From Thermoplasmata archaeon (GTDB taxonomy: Archaea; Thermoplasmatota; Thermoplasmata; UBA10834), in NCBI GenBank assembly GCA_035529455.1, contig DATKWQ010000040.1, positions 34,071-98,070 on the forward strand: a stretch of DNA of 64,000 nucleotides, given 5' to 3'. Under the pieces are notes generated by a model. It did not search any database and was not told the DNA's origin. It saw nothing but the letters and a program-made list of their open reading frames with translations. This document shows, piece after piece, positions 55,458-64,000 of the stretch; the stretch's first letter is position 1; every line of letters starts with the position of its first letter. A program made the position numbers and the translations under genes.

Positions 55458-56530
55458 ATGACCCCCTCCTTGTGGGCTAGCTCTGCGTTCAACACGGAAC
55501 CGCCGGCCCCGCCCCTGATCGTGTTGTGGACCAGCAGGAAGAATCTGAGGCTGTCCTCGGTCGTCCTTATCCTGCCGACGGTGACCGCCATGCCGCGCGC
55601 CCTCTCAGGGCTCCCGGCGAGCGAATCGACGATGGGCTGCGGTCTGTTCTGCTCTGAGGTGACTATGATGGGCTCGAGGGGAGCGCTCGGCAGCGAGAGC
55701 TCCTGTGGTCTCGACCTGAATCCCTTCAGCGTGGATGCCACGAGCTCCTCGTCCGGCATGTCCTCCTTCCTGGCGAACACCGCCTCCAGATGGCCGTCCC
55801 TGACGTTCACCCTGGTGCAGCTGGCCAGTATGCGGACCGGCGAGTCGACGAACCGTCCGTTTTCGAAACGGCCGAGGATCTTCCGTCCTTCGCTGTTCAT
55901 CTTCTCCTCCTCCTTGGCTATGTGTGGCAGGATGTTGCCCAGGATGTCGACGGAAGGCACTCCCGGATAGCCCGCTCCGGACAGCGCCTGGTAAGTCGCG
56001 ACATGGAAATCATCGATGCCGAACGCGTCGACGAGTGGTTTGAGACCCAGCGCGAGACCCGTGACCGAGCAGTTTGCGTTCGTGACTACGTATCCTCCCT
56101 TCCGCCTGCGCTTCCGCTGTATCTCGACGGCTTCGAGGTGATCGTGGTTTATCTCAGGTATCAGTATGGGCGTGTCCGGGTCCGTCCTGTGGGCGGACGC
56201 GTTGGAGAAGACGGCCATGCCCAGCTCGGCGCACTCGTCCTCGATGCTTCCCGCGACCTCGGACGGGAGTCCGCTGAAAACGACCTGGACGCCCTCGCGT
56301 GAGAGCTGCTCCGCCGTGGTCTTCTGGATCGTCTGTTCGCCAAGGTCGCTGCCAAGCTCCACATCTGGAAGCTTCCACACCTCGGAGAGCCTCTTGCCAT
56401 CTGACCGGTCGGACGCGCAATACGCGGCCACTTCGAAGTACGGATGGCCGTCCAACATATGAGCGAACCGCTGTCCTATCATCCCGCTAGAGCCCAATAT
56501 CGCCGCCTTTCGCTTAGTCATTTCGACCAC
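55454..56530 (-). CDS. asd: Aspartate-semialdehyde dehydrogenase
   Basis: 358 aa. AILGSSGMIGQRF N-terminal Rossmann fold and the catalytic Cys region (NCSVTG). Confidence 0.85.
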   Translation of the reverse strand: MVEMTKRKAAILGSSGMIGQRFAHMLDGHPYFEVAAYCASDRSDGKRLSEVWKLPDVELGSDLGEQTIQKTTAEQLSREGVQVVFSGLPSEVAGSIEDECAELGMAVFSNASAHRTDPDTPILIPEINHDHLEAVEIQRKRRRKGGYVVTNANCSVTGLALGLKPLVDAFGIDDFHVATYQALSGAGYPGVPSVDILGNILPHIAKEEEKMNSEGRKILGRFENGRFVDSPVRILASCTRVNVRDGHLEAVFARKEDMPDEELVASTLKGFRSRPQELSLPSAPLEPIIVTSEQNRPQPIVDSLAGSPERARGMAVTVGRIRTTEDSLRFFLLVHNTIRGGAGGSVLNAELAHKEGVM

Positions 56531-57546
56531 CTTCCGAAGTATTCCTTCTCCGCGTCCATGATGGCCGCGAACGCCGTCGGGTCATCGTTCGACGATGCCG
56601 CACCGAGCTCGTCAATGGCCGTCGACATCGAGCGCAGCATGGATGCCGTCTCCGGATTGAATCTCTGTATATCGTGATAGACGCGCCTGCTCTCCTTGGA
56701 TATGCTCGACGCAAGGTCTGCGAGTTTCGAGAACGATGGCCCCGAGGCGTCGGCGAGTCGGTCAACCGTGAACGACGACCTCATAGTTACGAGCCCGAAA
56801 GCCATGGCACACAGATGAGGAACGCCGAGTATGTACGCGATGAGCTTGTCGTGCCCGTCCAGGGCCACATCGACGACATTTGCCCCCGCACGCTCGAACA
56901 GGTCTCTCACAACTCCGTCTGCTGCATCGCAGCCACAGCTGGTGAGTAGGATGTTCCTGCCCTCGGGGGTCGCGATGCCCGGTCCGAACATGGGGTGCAC
57001 GCTAGTGAGTTTCAGCCCAAGCTCGACGCCTTCCTTCAAGAGATCTCTGATGTGCGTCTTGACACTGCACACGTCGAATACCACTCCCTTGGGAGATGAT
57101 GATAGGATGAGTCGCATGTCCTCCTGGGCAGTGCCGAGTGGGCTCGCTATGACGATTAGGTCTGCATCTTCCAAGAACTCCGCCGGTGACTCCAAGTTGT
57201 CATAGCCTTCCAGTTTCGCTCTGGGGTCGAAGACAGACACAGCGGCGCCCCGGTTTGACAGGAACCTGGCGACCCATGCGCCTGTCCTTCCAGCGCCGAC
57301 CACCAGAGCCTTCCGGCCGTCCAGGTATCTCTCAGCCTCTTCGCTCTGGACGCGCACAGCACCTCCTATCAGCGCTTCGACTATCGCGGTCGCGGCCTCG
57401 CCATCGACGCCCATCGTCTGGGCCTTGGCGATCGCGCTCCTTACGACGAGCTCCTCCCTTGCGGAGTCTCTGATGTCGAGGCGGCACTTCCTCTTGGTCC
57501 TTCCAATCTCCTTCGCCACGCTCATCCGCCGTCCCACGAGGGTCAT
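56518..57546 (-). CDS. tyrA: Bifunctional chorismate mutase / prephenate dehydrogenase (start uncertain; the CM helix extends upstream of the first ATG)
   Basis: Prephenate dehydrogenase core (VVGAGRTGAW Rossmann fold; HPMFGP). The N-terminal MTLVGRRMSVAKEIGRTKRK is the end of an AroQ helix 1. The in-frame upstream sequence SSELESLREQISAIDGEI has no ATG/GTG/TTG. Confidence 0.7.
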   Translation of the reverse strand: MTLVGRRMSVAKEIGRTKRKCRLDIRDSAREELVVRSAIAKAQTMGVDGEAATAIVEALIGGAVRVQSEEAERYLDGRKALVVGAGRTGAWVARFLSNRGAAVSVFDPRAKLEGYDNLESPAEFLEDADLIVIASPLGTAQEDMRLILSSSPKGVVFDVCSVKTHIRDLLKEGVELGLKLTSVHPMFGPGIATPEGRNILLTSCGCDAADGVVRDLFERAGANVVDVALDGHDKLIAYILGVPHLCAMAFGLVTMRSSFTVDRLADASGPSFSKLADLASSISKESRRVYHDIQRFNPETASMLRSMSTAIDELGAASSNDDPTAFAAIMDAEKEYFGRWSK

Positions 57547-57602
57547 GATCTCCCCATCGATCGCGCTGATCTGTTCGCGCAGGGATTCAAGCTCCGAAGA
57601 GG

Positions 57603-58700
57603 TCAGATGAACCCCCCCTGGAGCATCTCGTCAAGTATCACGGCCGCAGCTGAGTTCTCCACGACTGGTACTGCCCGCGGCACTATGCAAGGGTCGTGTC
57701 TGCCCTCGACCGCGAGCTCGACAGGTTTCTTTTCATGTATATCGACGCTCATCTGGGGCGTCGCTATCGATGAAGTCGGCTTGAACGCCACATTGAACTG
57801 TATAGGCATGCCTGTGGATATCCCGCCAAGTATCCCGCCGCAGTTGTTCGTCTTCGTTGCGACTCGCCCGCGCTTAACGATGAACGGGTCGTTGCTCTCG
57901 CTCCCGCGCATCGCTGCGGAGGCGAACCCCGAGCCGAACTCGACACCTTTCACGCCTGGTATCGAGAACATCATGGCCGACATCATGCTCTCGATGGATC
58001 CGAAGAACGGCTCCCCAACACCGACCGGTATGCCGATGATGGTGCATTTCACGACGCCACCGACGCTGTCCTTGTCATCATGGGCTCTGACTATCGCGTC
58101 CTTCATGAGTTCGGCTGTCTTGCGGTCGGCACAGCCGACTGGGTTCGTTCGCACGAGCTTCTCGGCGGCGCTGAACGGTATGTCCTTGCCCAGCTTGACA
58201 TCGCCTATCTGGACGGTCTCTGCGAGGACCCTGACCTTGCGCCTCTCGAGCACCTGTCGTGCAACCGCACCTGTGAAGACCAGGCCTGCCGTCATGCGGC
58301 CAGAGAACTGTCCGCCGCCTCTGTGGTCGTGGTGACCCGCGTACTTCACGATTGCCGGATAATCCGCATGGCCTGGTCGCGGCACCCTCCTGAACGAATC
58401 ATAAGCTGATGAGTCGCAGTCCCTGTTCCCTATGAGCCCGACGATCGGAGTCCCTGTGGCCTTGCCGTTCAGCAGACCTGAGATGATCTCGACTTTGTCG
58501 CGCTCCTTCCGAGGCGTCGCGACGGGGCTCTTGCCCGGCGCTCTTCGGTCCAGCTCGATCTGTATGGCGGTCTCCGAGATCCTCTCTCCCGGCGGACATC
58601 CTTCGGCGGAGGCACCTATGAACGGGCCGTGGCTGGAGCCGAATACGCATATCCTGTAGGCTGATCCGATTGAGTTCACTTCCTCACCTCCACCCTGCAC
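57603..58700 (-). CDS. aroC: Chorismate synthase
   Basis: 365 aa. GESHG-like N-terminus (FGSSHGP), RPGHADY and SARET-like regions match AroC signatures. Confidence 0.9.
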   Translation of the reverse strand: MQGGGEEVNSIGSAYRICVFGSSHGPFIGASAEGCPPGERISETAIQIELDRRAPGKSPVATPRKERDKVEIISGLLNGKATGTPIVGLIGNRDCDSSAYDSFRRVPRPGHADYPAIVKYAGHHDHRGGGQFSGRMTAGLVFTGAVARQVLERRKVRVLAETVQIGDVKLGKDIPFSAAEKLVRTNPVGCADRKTAELMKDAIVRAHDDKDSVGGVVKCTIIGIPVGVGEPFFGSIESMMSAMMFSIPGVKGVEFGSGFASAAMRGSESNDPFIVKRGRVATKTNNCGGILGGISTGMPIQFNVAFKPTSSIATPQMSVDIHEKKPVELAVEGRHDPCIVPRAVPVVENSAAAVILDEMLQGGFI

Positions 58701-59968
58701 CCCAGCTGATGCAGGTCTCTGATGAAACCAGGGTACGAGATCCTGTACGACTCGTCATCCTCGATTACAGTGTCTGTGGTAGATACCAGAGCCGCAATCG
58801 TTGCGGCCATAAGTATTCTGTGGTCTCCCTGGGTATCGATCTTCGCGCCCTTGAGCCTCGGCACACCGATTATCTCGCATCCGTCCTCTTTCGGGAGTAT
58901 CCTGGCTCCCATATCCTGCAGGAACCTTGTGGTCGAGGCTATCCTGTCGCTCTCCTTCGCGCGCAGGTTCTTGCCCCCCTTGAGCACGGTCTTGCCCTCG
59001 GAGACGGCCCCCACCACCGCAAGTATGGGGAACAGATCCGGGATCGGCGCGACGTCGACTTCGATGCCCTTCAAATTACCGCTCCCCACAGTGGCCATGT
59101 GCGGCGAGCGTGAGACTGAAGCACCGAAGCTCGCCAGATGCTCCAGGATGGCTTTGTCTCCCTGAGGGGACTCCTCGTCGAGATGTCTTACCGCAACCCG
59201 CCCACCAGTTATCGCCGCAGCAGCGAACAGGAAAGCCGCGGACGAGAAATCTCCAGGGACCGCATATGATTCCCTTGCGAGCTCCTGTCCACCTGGGATG
59301 TCGAAGCCGGACTCACTCTCGGTCACCACGGCGCCGAACCTGTCCAGCATCTCCAACGTTATGTCGACATACGGTCTGGATGTCATCGCCCCGCCCACGG
59401 CTATTCGTGTGTCCTGTTGCTTCTGGGTACACGCAATCAACAGTGACGAGATGAATTGCGAGCTCACGTCGCCCTTGACCTCTGCCCGCTCTCTGACAAT
59501 CGGGCCGGCGACCCTGAGCGGAGGTCTGCCGGGCTGTCCTATGTAGCTGCAGCTCGCGCCCAACTGGGTCAGCGCATCCATCAATGGGCCCATCGGGCGT
59601 CTCACAAGGCTCGCATCGCCAGTCAGCGTGGTCGTCTCTGGCAGGAGGGACGCCAGCCCTGTCATGAGGCGTATGGTAGTCCCTGAGTTGCGGGCGTCAA
59701 TCGGCTCCGTGGGCGGTTTGAGTTCCTCCAGCCGCAGCTGGACATAGGTCGAGTGTATGTCGACTTCCGCACCCATACGCTGGAGCGCTTCCAGGGTGGC
59801 CCTGGTGTCGTCGGATATCAGTGGGCTTTTCAGCGAGAATCTCGACCGCGTGAGCGCCCCCAGTATCATGGCGCGGTGGGTGTATGATTTGGATGGCGGA
59901 GCAGTGACGGTGCCGTTGGCCGTCGATGACTTGACTACAAGAGCCGTGGGACCACCTCCCGCGAACAA
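58676..59968 (-). CDS. aroA: 3-phosphoshikimate 1-carboxyvinyltransferase (EPSP synthase)
   Basis: 430 aa. PPSKSYTHRA, the LGNSGT-like region and DHRILMAA match EPSPS motifs. Confidence 0.9.
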   Translation of the reverse strand: MFAGGGPTALVVKSSTANGTVTAPPSKSYTHRAMILGALTRSRFSLKSPLISDDTRATLEALQRMGAEVDIHSTYVQLRLEELKPPTEPIDARNSGTTIRLMTGLASLLPETTTLTGDASLVRRPMGPLMDALTQLGASCSYIGQPGRPPLRVAGPIVRERAEVKGDVSSQFISSLLIACTQKQQDTRIAVGGAMTSRPYVDITLEMLDRFGAVVTESESGFDIPGGQELARESYAVPGDFSSAAFLFAAAAITGGRVAVRHLDEESPQGDKAILEHLASFGASVSRSPHMATVGSGNLKGIEVDVAPIPDLFPILAVVGAVSEGKTVLKGGKNLRAKESDRIASTTRFLQDMGARILPKEDGCEIIGVPRLKGAKIDTQGDHRILMAATIAALVSTTDTVIEDDESYRISYPGFIRDLHQLGCRVEVRK

Positions 59969-60801
59969 GTATCGTTCAGCCTCGCCCTGAGGATTTCGCC
60001 TTCGTATGGTCCGATGTGGTCCATGACATCCCGCAGCCTGTCCTTCCTGCAGAGTATCACGGTTGCTGGCCCTGTCCCAGTTATGCCTGCCGCGTATGCA
60101 CCGCTCTCTCTAGCGGCTTCTGCGACATCGTTTGGGACGTCCAGTATTTCGGAACAGAGCCTCGAGTTCAGGTCGATGGCGGCGGCGTACTCGCCTTTCA
60201 TGGCCAGCCGCAGTGCTTCTTCGAATCCATCGCGACGGTGGGCGAACATGCTCTTGTCCACCTCGCTCTTGCGTATCTGTCTGGCGGGCACGTGGACTAC
60301 GACTTCGAGCTCCTCCGCAACACCGTCGGACTTGAGTATCCTCCTGCCGACATTGTCTGTCACGACGACGCCGCCGTGGAAACAGGCGGCCGCGTCGTCG
60401 AATGCACCCGTGACCGTCACGCGGGCCTTGATCGATTCGTCGATCGCTATATCCAGGATAGATTCGTCAGCGAGCTCGACACCGAGCGCTCGCGACGCCG
60501 CCAGCGTGACGGCATTGGTCACCGCGCTGCTGCTCTTGAGCCCTCGGGAGATGGGGATGTTCGACCTGATGGTCGCTCTACCACCGGTCCCTTCATTGCC
60601 TGCCTTCGCAGCGACTGCGCGCACGCATCCGACCACCAGCTCCGAGCCCTCAGATGCCCCTTCCACTATGATATCGCCCTCAGCGCGCTCCAGCTCGAGG
60701 CGGACGTCGGTTTCGAGGGTGATGCCTATCGCCGCCCCCTTGCCACACGCGATGGCGTTGACGATGGTGGCCGCTCCGCGGCATGCCGCCGTTCCGATCA
60801 T
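59935..60801 (-). CDS. Archaeal GHMP-kinase-type shikimate kinase
   Basis: ORF to 60864; the conserved start MIGTAACRGAATIVNAIACGKGAAIGI at 60801 overlaps the upstream stop by 4 bp. GHMP motif region (PISRGLKSSSAVTNAV). Confidence 0.8.
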   Translation of the reverse strand: MIGTAACRGAATIVNAIACGKGAAIGITLETDVRLELERAEGDIIVEGASEGSELVVGCVRAVAAKAGNEGTGGRATIRSNIPISRGLKSSSAVTNAVTLAASRALGVELADESILDIAIDESIKARVTVTGAFDDAAACFHGGVVVTDNVGRRILKSDGVAEELEVVVHVPARQIRKSEVDKSMFAHRRDGFEEALRLAMKGEYAAAIDLNSRLCSEILDVPNDVAEAARESGAYAAGITGTGPATVILCRKDRLRDVMDHIGPYEGEILRARLNDTCSREVVPRLL

Positions 60802-62297
60802 GGCTCCAGCGCCTTCCTCGCCGCCCGTCTCATCTTGGAGACATCCGGCGTCTTGTCCGTCCATATCCTGAAAGCCTCTTCACCTTGTCGTACCAACATC
60901 TCAAGGCCACCGTGGGCGGCGCGTCCGTGCTTCCTCGCGGCGGCCATGCTGGGCGTTGTCGATGGGTTGTACACAAGGTCGATGAACACGCGGCTGTGCT
61001 TGATGGCCTCCTCGGGCAGGCTCGAAAGCTCGACCTTCGTTCCCTTGGTCCCGATGGGTGTCGTGTTGACCATTACGTCGAACATGCTCTGAATCGCTCC
61101 TAGTGAGGAGTAGGGTGTTCGACTCGCCCCGCAGGCCTTCGATAGGTCCGAAGCGGCTTTGGCCCTTCGGGCAGAGATGACTATCTCGGCGCCCCCGTCG
61201 TTGCACACCTTGCACACCGCCCGGGCCGCTCCGCCAGCTCCGACGACCAGGATCCTGGCGTTCTTGAGCTGGACCTTTTTCAGTGTAATCAACTGATTGA
61301 ATCCTTTCAAGTCGGTGTTTTCTCCGACAATCTTGCCTCTCCGCATGTGGATGGTGTTCACGGCGGCCGTGGCCTCTGCCGACGGATTCCTGATATCGCA
61401 TGATCGGTATGCCCTCTGCTTGTTTGGTATCGTCACATTGAGCCCTTGGAAGCCGATGTTGAACAGCGTTGCGACGAGCCTGCGGTTGAACCTCTCCGGC
61501 GGGATGTCCAAGGGTAGATAGATGCCGGTCAGGCCGACGCTTCTCAGTGCGGCCTCCTGCATCGGCTTGGAGACGGAATGCGATACGGGGTGGCCTATCA
61601 GCCCAAGAATGACGCTTCCCGGCTTGGATATGTTCACTTGCGTGCGCACGTCCAGCTGGCCGGGCGCAGCCTCGTTTCCAGGAAGGCATGCGTAGACGAG
61701 TTCCGACCGCATCCCAGATGCGCATACGCGTGTGAGCTGACCCTGCGCACCCATGCCGATCAGGACGAACGACCTTCGACTGACGGAGACCTCTCCCGCC
61801 AGCTCAGCGAGCATAACCGACTGTGCGGCGTTCTCGCAGGGCATCGCGACCTTGGCTATGGCACCTGAGGCCAATCCCTTCTCGAGGCGTTGCCTGACGA
61901 GTGCCTTCGTCGCTGGTCGCGAGAAATGGTACGACGCTATCGCTCTGGGGCCTCCACGCGATGAGCCCAGCTCTTCCAGCAGAGCAGCGTCTCTGGCGAG
62001 CTCCAGGTCGACATACTCGAATCCCGAATCAGCTACCGCCTCTAGCATCGAACGTCTGGAACTCCCCTTCAGAGTCGACTTTCCCCCTTCACGGGTCGAT
62101 CTCAAGGTGGCAACAGCAGCGCCGTCTACAGCACCCCTGGCTTCATGGATCATCCCCGGGCTGGAATCGATGAGTCTGAGATGGTCGAGCCTGACCTCTA
62201 CAAGGTCTGCTCCTGCCTCATATGCCTTCTTTGACGAGCGTGACACTCCAGCGATGCTTCTCTCGACAAGAGAAGCGACAACGAGGGTCATCGTCAC
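60798..62297 (-). CDS. Fused 3-dehydroquinate dehydratase (type I) and shikimate dehydrogenase
   Basis: 499 aa single ORF. The N-terminal roughly 220 aa are AroD-like (aldolase barrel: VASLVERS...ADLVEVRLD). The C-terminal roughly 280 aa are AroE-like (ILGLIGHPVSHSVSKPMQEAA...NVTIPNKQ; Rossmann fold VVGAGGAARAV). Confidence 0.8.
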   Translation of the reverse strand: MTMTLVVASLVERSIAGVSRSSKKAYEAGADLVEVRLDHLRLIDSSPGMIHEARGAVDGAAVATLRSTREGGKSTLKGSSRRSMLEAVADSGFEYVDLELARDAALLEELGSSRGGPRAIASYHFSRPATKALVRQRLEKGLASGAIAKVAMPCENAAQSVMLAELAGEVSVSRRSFVLIGMGAQGQLTRVCASGMRSELVYACLPGNEAAPGQLDVRTQVNISKPGSVILGLIGHPVSHSVSKPMQEAALRSVGLTGIYLPLDIPPERFNRRLVATLFNIGFQGLNVTIPNKQRAYRSCDIRNPSAEATAAVNTIHMRRGKIVGENTDLKGFNQLITLKKVQLKNARILVVGAGGAARAVCKVCNDGGAEIVISARRAKAASDLSKACGASRTPYSSLGAIQSMFDVMVNTTPIGTKGTKVELSSLPEEAIKHSRVFIDLVYNPSTTPSMAAARKHGRAAHGGLEMLVRQGEEAFRIWTDKTPDVSKMRRAARKALEP

Positions 62298-63247
62298 CTC
62301 TCCTGTATCGTTTCCTCTACATACATGCCGAAGTGGCGCCCGCCCTTCTCCAGTCTGAGGAGGACCGGGTCCCCTGTCTTGAGCTTCGACACGGAGACTA
62401 CTTTCCCATTCGAATATACTCGTATCGTCTCGGCGTTCTGGACGATGGTGGAGTATTTGTTGCCGTCGACTTCGGCCTCTATGAGGAGGAGGGGCCGTCG
62501 CTCGACCTTCGTCCTGCCGACGATGGCTTTGCGCGTGTGTCCCTCCGAGTCGACGACGAGCACTTCCTCGCCACCTCTCAGTTCTGACAGGTATCTCGTG
62601 GTGCCATCTGGCATCAGGATGTAAGCGTGCACTGGGCCAGCGTTCACACGGAACGGGCGTGACGCGGCGTATTCGGACTCGATCGTCTCAGAGTGTATCA
62701 GGAACATGCAGGATGATTGGTTGCCGATGAGCATCCCCTCGCCCATCCTCAGGACGGAGCAGGTGTCTATGCACACCCTGTCGCCGAGCCCCAGCTGCCT
62801 TAGCGTGACGATCTCACCCTCTCTCAACTCCAGCTTGGGCGAGTCTGCCTCCAACATCTTCCTGAGGATGGCCAGCTCCTCTGTCCTCTTCGGGGCGAAG
62901 ACCACCCCGTCCGACCCGTGCTCCATCGTCTCGAAGAAGAGCTTCGCCTCCTCAGCCGTCCTCGCGAGCATGAACAGCTTCGCGTCCGTGCCCTGGAATT
63001 GAACTATGAGATTCTCGAGGGGGATTATCTTCCAGTCCTTTGCGGAGATGACGATGTTCCCGCCCTTCTCTGCCAGCCTCTTCGCCTTGACCTCGTCCTC
63101 CTTCTTGGCTATCTCGACGATACTGCCGATAGGCTTGCCGCTCTCGGACAGGGAGTTGCCGGACAGCATGATCGCTCTGAACCTTCCGAGCTTTGTGAAT
63201 GCAGAGTCCTTCTTGTCGAGGACTATCGTGTCGAACCCGTTCTCCAA
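62294..63247 (-). CDS. 3-dehydroquinate synthase II (archaeal type)
   Basis: 317 aa, similar to the archaeal DHQ synthase II of the DKFP/ADH pathway. Sits in an operon with aroA'. Confidence 0.75.
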   Translation of the reverse strand: MENGFDTIVLDKKDSAFTKLGRFRAIMLSGNSLSESGKPIGSIVEIAKKEDEVKAKRLAEKGGNIVISAKDWKIIPLENLIVQFQGTDAKLFMLARTAEEAKLFFETMEHGSDGVVFAPKRTEELAILRKMLEADSPKLELREGEIVTLRQLGLGDRVCIDTCSVLRMGEGMLIGNQSSCMFLIHSETIESEYAASRPFRVNAGPVHAYILMPDGTTRYLSELRGGEEVLVVDSEGHTRKAIVGRTKVERRPLLLIEAEVDGNKYSTIVQNAETIRVYSNGKVVSVSKLKTGDPVLLRLEKGGRHFGMYVEETIQER

Positions 63248-63329
63248 TGCACTCAGGACGATCTTCTTCCTGCTCTCTCTACTGGGCTGGAAGATCGCCC
63301 CGATCCAAACCTGGCGGTCGGTCAGGGTA

Positions 63330-64000
63330 TCACCGCCTATACGCTTCCTCAGGGTCCATGCCCTGGAAGACCACCTTGCCGATGGCCCTCGTTATGGATT
63401 CAACATCGTCGTGCTGGAAGACGTTTCTGCCTATGGAGACGCCCTTCGCGCCTGCGGCCATTGCGTCGCTGACCATATTTAAAAGGTCGATGTCGCTGTC
63501 CATCTTGGGGCCACCCGCTATCACCACGGGGACCGGCGTGCCGTCGACGACATCCTTGAAAGTGTCCACAGAGCCAGTGTAGTTCGTCTTCACCACGTCC
63601 GCTCCGAGCTCCGCAGAGAGCCTCGCACAGTGCGCGACGGCTTCTGGGTCGAACTGGTTCTTCACATTCTTGCCGCGAGGGTAGCACATCGCCAGCAGGG
63701 GCATGCCAAGCTCGCTGCATCTATCAGACACGAGCCCGAAGTCCGAGACCATCTCGTCCTCCGTCTCGCTGCCTATGTTGCAGTGAATTGAAATGGCGTC
63801 AGCACCGAGTGCCGCCGCTGCGTCGACGCTGGCAACCAGCACCTTCGCGTTCGGGTCCAAGGACATCGAGGTGCTCGCGGAGATATGCACGATCAGCCCC
63901 AGCGGTGAGCCTAGAGCCGAGCCCACATACGGGACAAGGCCTTTGTGGATCACGATCGCGGATGCTCCGCCTTTCGCGAGGTTGTCAACTGTGTTCTTGA
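63330..64000 (-). CDS. 2-amino-3,7-dideoxy-D-threo-hept-6-ulosonate (ADH) synthase / class-I aldolase family, partial (continues beyond the window end)
   Basis: DeoC/FbaB-like TIM barrel with the catalytic Lys region (ADVVKTNYTG) and VVIAGGPK. The reading frame is open to 64000. Confidence 0.75.
   Translation of the reverse strand, partial: KNTVDNLAKGGASAIVIHKGLVPYVGSALGSPLGLIVHISASTSMSLDPNAKVLVASVDAAAALGADAISIHCNIGSETEDEMVSDFGLVSDRCSELGMPLLAMCYPRGKNVKNQFDPEAVAHCARLSAELGADVVKTNYTGSVDTFKDVVDGTPVPVVIAGGPKMDSDIDLLNMVSDAMAAGAKGVSIGRNVFQHDDVESITRAIGKVVFQGMDPEEAYRR

Noticed and set aside
60016-61092. 358-aa plus-strand ORF (and 60014..60871) antisense to the shikimate kinase / AroD-AroE genes
   Set aside because: The minus-strand genes carry clear GHMP and AroD/AroE motifs. 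The plus-strand translations are low-complexity.

Overview
High-GC (about 60%) archaeal chromosomal segment. Gene content (archaeal DKFP/ADH-type shikimate genes, diphthine synthase, aTrm5, Mre11-Rad50, COG1900 homocysteine pathway) points to a euryarchaeal, possibly Thermoplasmatota-like, peptide-scavenging lineage; this lineage call is inference. Main contents, in order: (1) two paralogous peptide ABC-uptake loci whose family-5 substrate-binding proteins are fused to PKD/CarboxypepD_reg repeats and C-terminal membrane anchors, with no ATPase genes nearby; (2) many peptidases (S9, DUF885, M28, M42, C45-like Ntn hydrolase, DUF45); (3) a ~5.6-kb variable island next to tRNA-Gly(GCC), made of small gene cassettes separated by a 21-22-bp direct repeat, three copies of which extend to ~100-bp units sharing 14 nt with the tRNA 3' end; (4) the most notable candidate novel system: a Ras/Rab-like small GTPase gene coupled to a 1395-aa single-pass surface protein with cadherin-like (VNDAP) extracellular repeats and a cytoplasmic Roadblock/LC7-like domain; (5) Mre11-Rad50, a divergent FtsZ/tubulin-like protein, dCTP deaminase, GcvH, a nitroreductase/flavin-reductase/molybdopterin-oxidoreductase group; (6) a methanogen-type homocysteine biosynthesis cluster (COG1900/DUF39 + NIL-ferredoxin) linked to lysC, asd and a UPF0280 gene; (7) an archaeal-type aromatic amino acid operon (ADH synthase, DHQ synthase II, fused AroD-AroE, GHMP shikimate kinase, AroA, AroC, CM/PDH). 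All calls rest on motif recognition by eye; no database searches were run.
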